DNA from: the human T2T-CHM13v2.0 reference genome, Homo sapiens
Assembly: GCF_009914755.1 (NCBI RefSeq)
Contig: NC_060932.1
DNA length: 64,000 nt
Direction: 5' to 3' (one strand)
The notes under the pieces were generated by a model, which did no database searches, was not told the DNA's origin, and saw only the letters and a list, made by a program, of their open reading frames with translations. The stretch's first letter is position 1. Each line of letters opens with the position of its first letter. This document shows positions 1 through 64,000 of this stretch, one piece after another. Made by a program: the position numbers and the translations under genes.

Positions 1-99
1 ATCATTATAATCAACATTGTAAACAGCTATATTGTGGTTGAGATAAATAAAAGTTTAATGAATAATGCTCAACATTATTAATACAAACTATATAAATGT

Positions 100-1680
100 C
101 ATCTGTCTTTGTTTAGATTGGCCAGGAGAAAATACTCTAAAGCATGAACTTGATTGTAGGAATTTTATGTGGGTGGTGATTCTAGGAAGCAGGAATAAGG
201 GTGTAAGGATGAAGAAAGAGAAGGGGAGGAAAGGTCGATATCAGCATGTATTATTGAGATGGCAATAATGACTTCTTTCTGCGGGGCCCACAGGAAAATG
301 TACAGAATATCTTACAGAATTTTCCCTAGTTGGTCAGGAATCTGGTGTTTCACTAAAGTGGCTGAAGTTTGCTCCTAGAGAAGGAGTGCGTACATTTCAT
401 TTTAAGACTTTTTTTTAGAGTGTCCTAGGAAAAAGGCTGGTTGACATTCATAGATGTCAAAGACCTGGTCCTTGAGTGCTTCTTTTGAAGTAAACGCTGT
501 TCTGGTGGAACTTGAAAATAAACATCTGAATGTGTTGTGCCCATTCTAAATAAATCCACATACTTCTTCCCTACACTTTCTTGTCTTTAAATGTCCAGTT
601 TTATAGCATCTAGATCGTTCACCAAGTATCCAAGCTATTTGCCACAGCATAGGAATCTGTGTAGATTCCAATCTCTGGCACTTCTCTCATACAAGGTGGA
701 AAACCCGATATATTGTTTACAAATATGTGCATGGGGCATGGGGACATTTACCATCCCCACAGTCTTTAGGTCTAAATCTAATAGGACTCTATATGAAACT
801 GACTTTTAAAAAATACTTCAACTAACATATTAAAATTGGACTGAGGTTTGTTTTTCTCCATCAACCAGTTTTAGAAAATCCCTACAAGGATATTAGTGTA
901 TGGTGACTGAGAAATATTGGTGCAATAGATGTAGGTGACATGAAGATCTGGGATCCCTATTCCCTTATTTACTTGTACTCTCTGGACCTTCTCTAGCTTG
1001 CTCCCAGATTTACCATTTTGGTCATCAGATAGATTGATATGCTCACTTGATCTTATACATATATTTTTGTGGCTCTAAAACACCTCTTTTATGATGAAAA
1101 CAGTAAACTTCAATAACATAGCAACTTACTATTTCCTAGATGCATGCTCAAGGCTGCAAGAGCCCAATAGCCCATTGGAAGCTATAGCAGAACTACAGGT
1201 CTGCACTGCAAATCTCCTACTGATACTTGCCAGAGATTCCACATGTATGTAATCTACCAGGAATATCCTTAGTAACATTGTATTTAAATAATCACAAGAA
1301 CCAAAGACAAGCCGTCTTGCACCACAGCCTGGACCTGCTGCAGTGCACTTTTCACATTATCTTTTGCCAGAGGTGCCCTTGTTGCTATCAGATCATGTAT
1401 TGATGTAGGCCCACAATCCTTTCATAAAGGTTTGTTTTCTAAAGCCACTCTGGGGTAACTATTTTAGGACAGGTCCCCCATCCCTGCCACCCCAAAAATC
1501 AGAGCCTGAGACAAGAACTTAAGCACAAATATTTTAGGGAGCAGCAGTGCGGGAATGGAGACAGTGAGATGTTTCCTGCTGCAGGCAATGAGGCTTGATT
1601 CTCTAACACATCTGAGAAACAAAGAATGCCTCCAAGAATATCCATCAGAAAGATAAAAGGCTGGCTCCAGTTACTGCCTG
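100..1680 (-). mobile_element. Highly decayed ERVL-class element (LTR16/LTR33-like LTR pieces and internal pol remnant)
   Basis: Minus strand near 1300-1342 translates LQQVQAVVQDGLSLG, resembling the ERVL pol motif LQQVQAAVQAALPLG. LTR-like blocks at about 100-300 and 1460-1680. Edges approximate. Confidence 0.5.
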
Positions 1681-2239
1681 GTTTCCTTAAATCCCCTGGC
1701 TATTTGATCGTATTTCTACAAACATTCATAATGTACTATAAGAATAATGTTGATATCAGCAAAAAAAATTCACTAGATCGTTGAGGCCTGATTAGAATAC
1801 TGCAAACGACTTTCTCTCATGACAAAGAAAAAGCTGAATGGCAGCATCTCTGAAATCAACAGATGCTGAGACTTCAGGCTGAACCAAGGCAAGTTGAAGG
1901 AGACTCATGCAGACAAGTTCATACTAATAAATACTTTTTGTGTAGTGATCTCAAGCTTGCATTTGGCTTATCAAATTATGCATCAAATTGTAAAATTATA
2001 CAAGTAAACATATTGATAAATGTAGTGTTAGATCACATGTGAGAAAGCCAGTGTGACATTTGATTACAAGTGATATTGAGATAAATATGCATCGTGGGCA
2101 TTGGAATACACATTTTGGTCCTGGAGTCCTCAGTCACAGCTGATCGCCATTATTATTTAACAACTTAAACTTTCTTCAACTAAATACATTAAAATTACAT
2201 TAAACTATATATGTAAAGTATAAAAGTCAGAAATCTTAC

Positions 2240-63405
<61,166 letters not shown>

Positions 63406-63722
63406 GGCTTGAAGTCCTGGGTCCCAGCCGGAATAATGGCAGTTGGTGGTTACAGGGCAGTTGGAAGCGCGAGATGACGCCCCGGCCACGCAGCCTGGAA
63501 GAGGTAGGCGGCTGGGAGAGCCCAGGTGGGCTGAGGTTGGGTGTGGTGCGCTGTGGAACGTGCGAGCTCCTGAGCCCTGTCTCTTGCAGGACAAGCACTC
63601 CACTGGACGTGATGCCTAATTAAGGCAACAGCAACAACAAAATCACTTCCAACAGCTGAGGAACAGGAAGATTTATAAACACTTCTTAAGTAAAATTTCA
63701 ATTGAATATATATAAACACGTA

Positions 63723-63985
63723 TCAGGAGTTCGAGACCAGTTTCCGCAACATGGTGAAACCCCGTCTGTACTAAAAATACAAAAAAAAATTAGCCAGGCA
63801 TGGTGGCGGGTGCCTGAAATCCCAGCTACTCGGGAAGCTGAGGCAGGAGAATCGCTTGAACCTAGGAGGCAGAGGTTGCAGTGAGCAGAAAGACCTTACC
63901 ACTGCACTCCAGCCTGGGTGAGAGAGCGAAATTCCGTCAAAAAAAAAAAAAAAAAAAAAAAGAACGAAACAAAAAACGAAAAAAA
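63723..63985 (+). mobile_element. 5'-truncated Alu just upstream of the ADAM2 promoter
   Basis: tcaggagttcgagaccag...cactgcactccagcctggg...poly-A. Confidence 0.9.
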
Positions 63986-64000
63986 GTATATAATAAATCA

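Overview
AT-rich, repeat-dense primate (most likely human) genomic DNA. It holds the 5' part of ADAM2 (fertilin beta) on the minus strand: a CpG-enriched promoter near 63.2-63.6 kb and coding exons 1-11 (63405 down to 2240). I traced the exons by hand. All have GT-AG boundaries and consistent phases, giving 1028 nt of open frame: signal peptide, prodomain and a metalloprotease-like domain with a degenerate zinc motif. The gene continues past the left edge. The introns are mostly transposon relics: about 14 Alus, a full-length L1PA with a 16-bp TSD, a 5'-truncated L1PA, two twin-primed (5'-inverted) older L1s, MaLR/ERVL LTRs, MER58, and a two-LTR ERV1-like element with three younger nested insertions. 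Most ORFs in the supplied track are repeat-derived or spurious. I see no convincing wholly new biological system. The best leads are tandem A-MYB-type sites next to the ADAM2 start, an inverted L1 pair bracketing the in-frame-skippable exon 7, weak or tandem splice sites, and an L1 tail carrying a copy of nearby flanking DNA. Repeat subfamily names come from my recall of consensus sequences and need RepeatMasker/Dfam confirmation.
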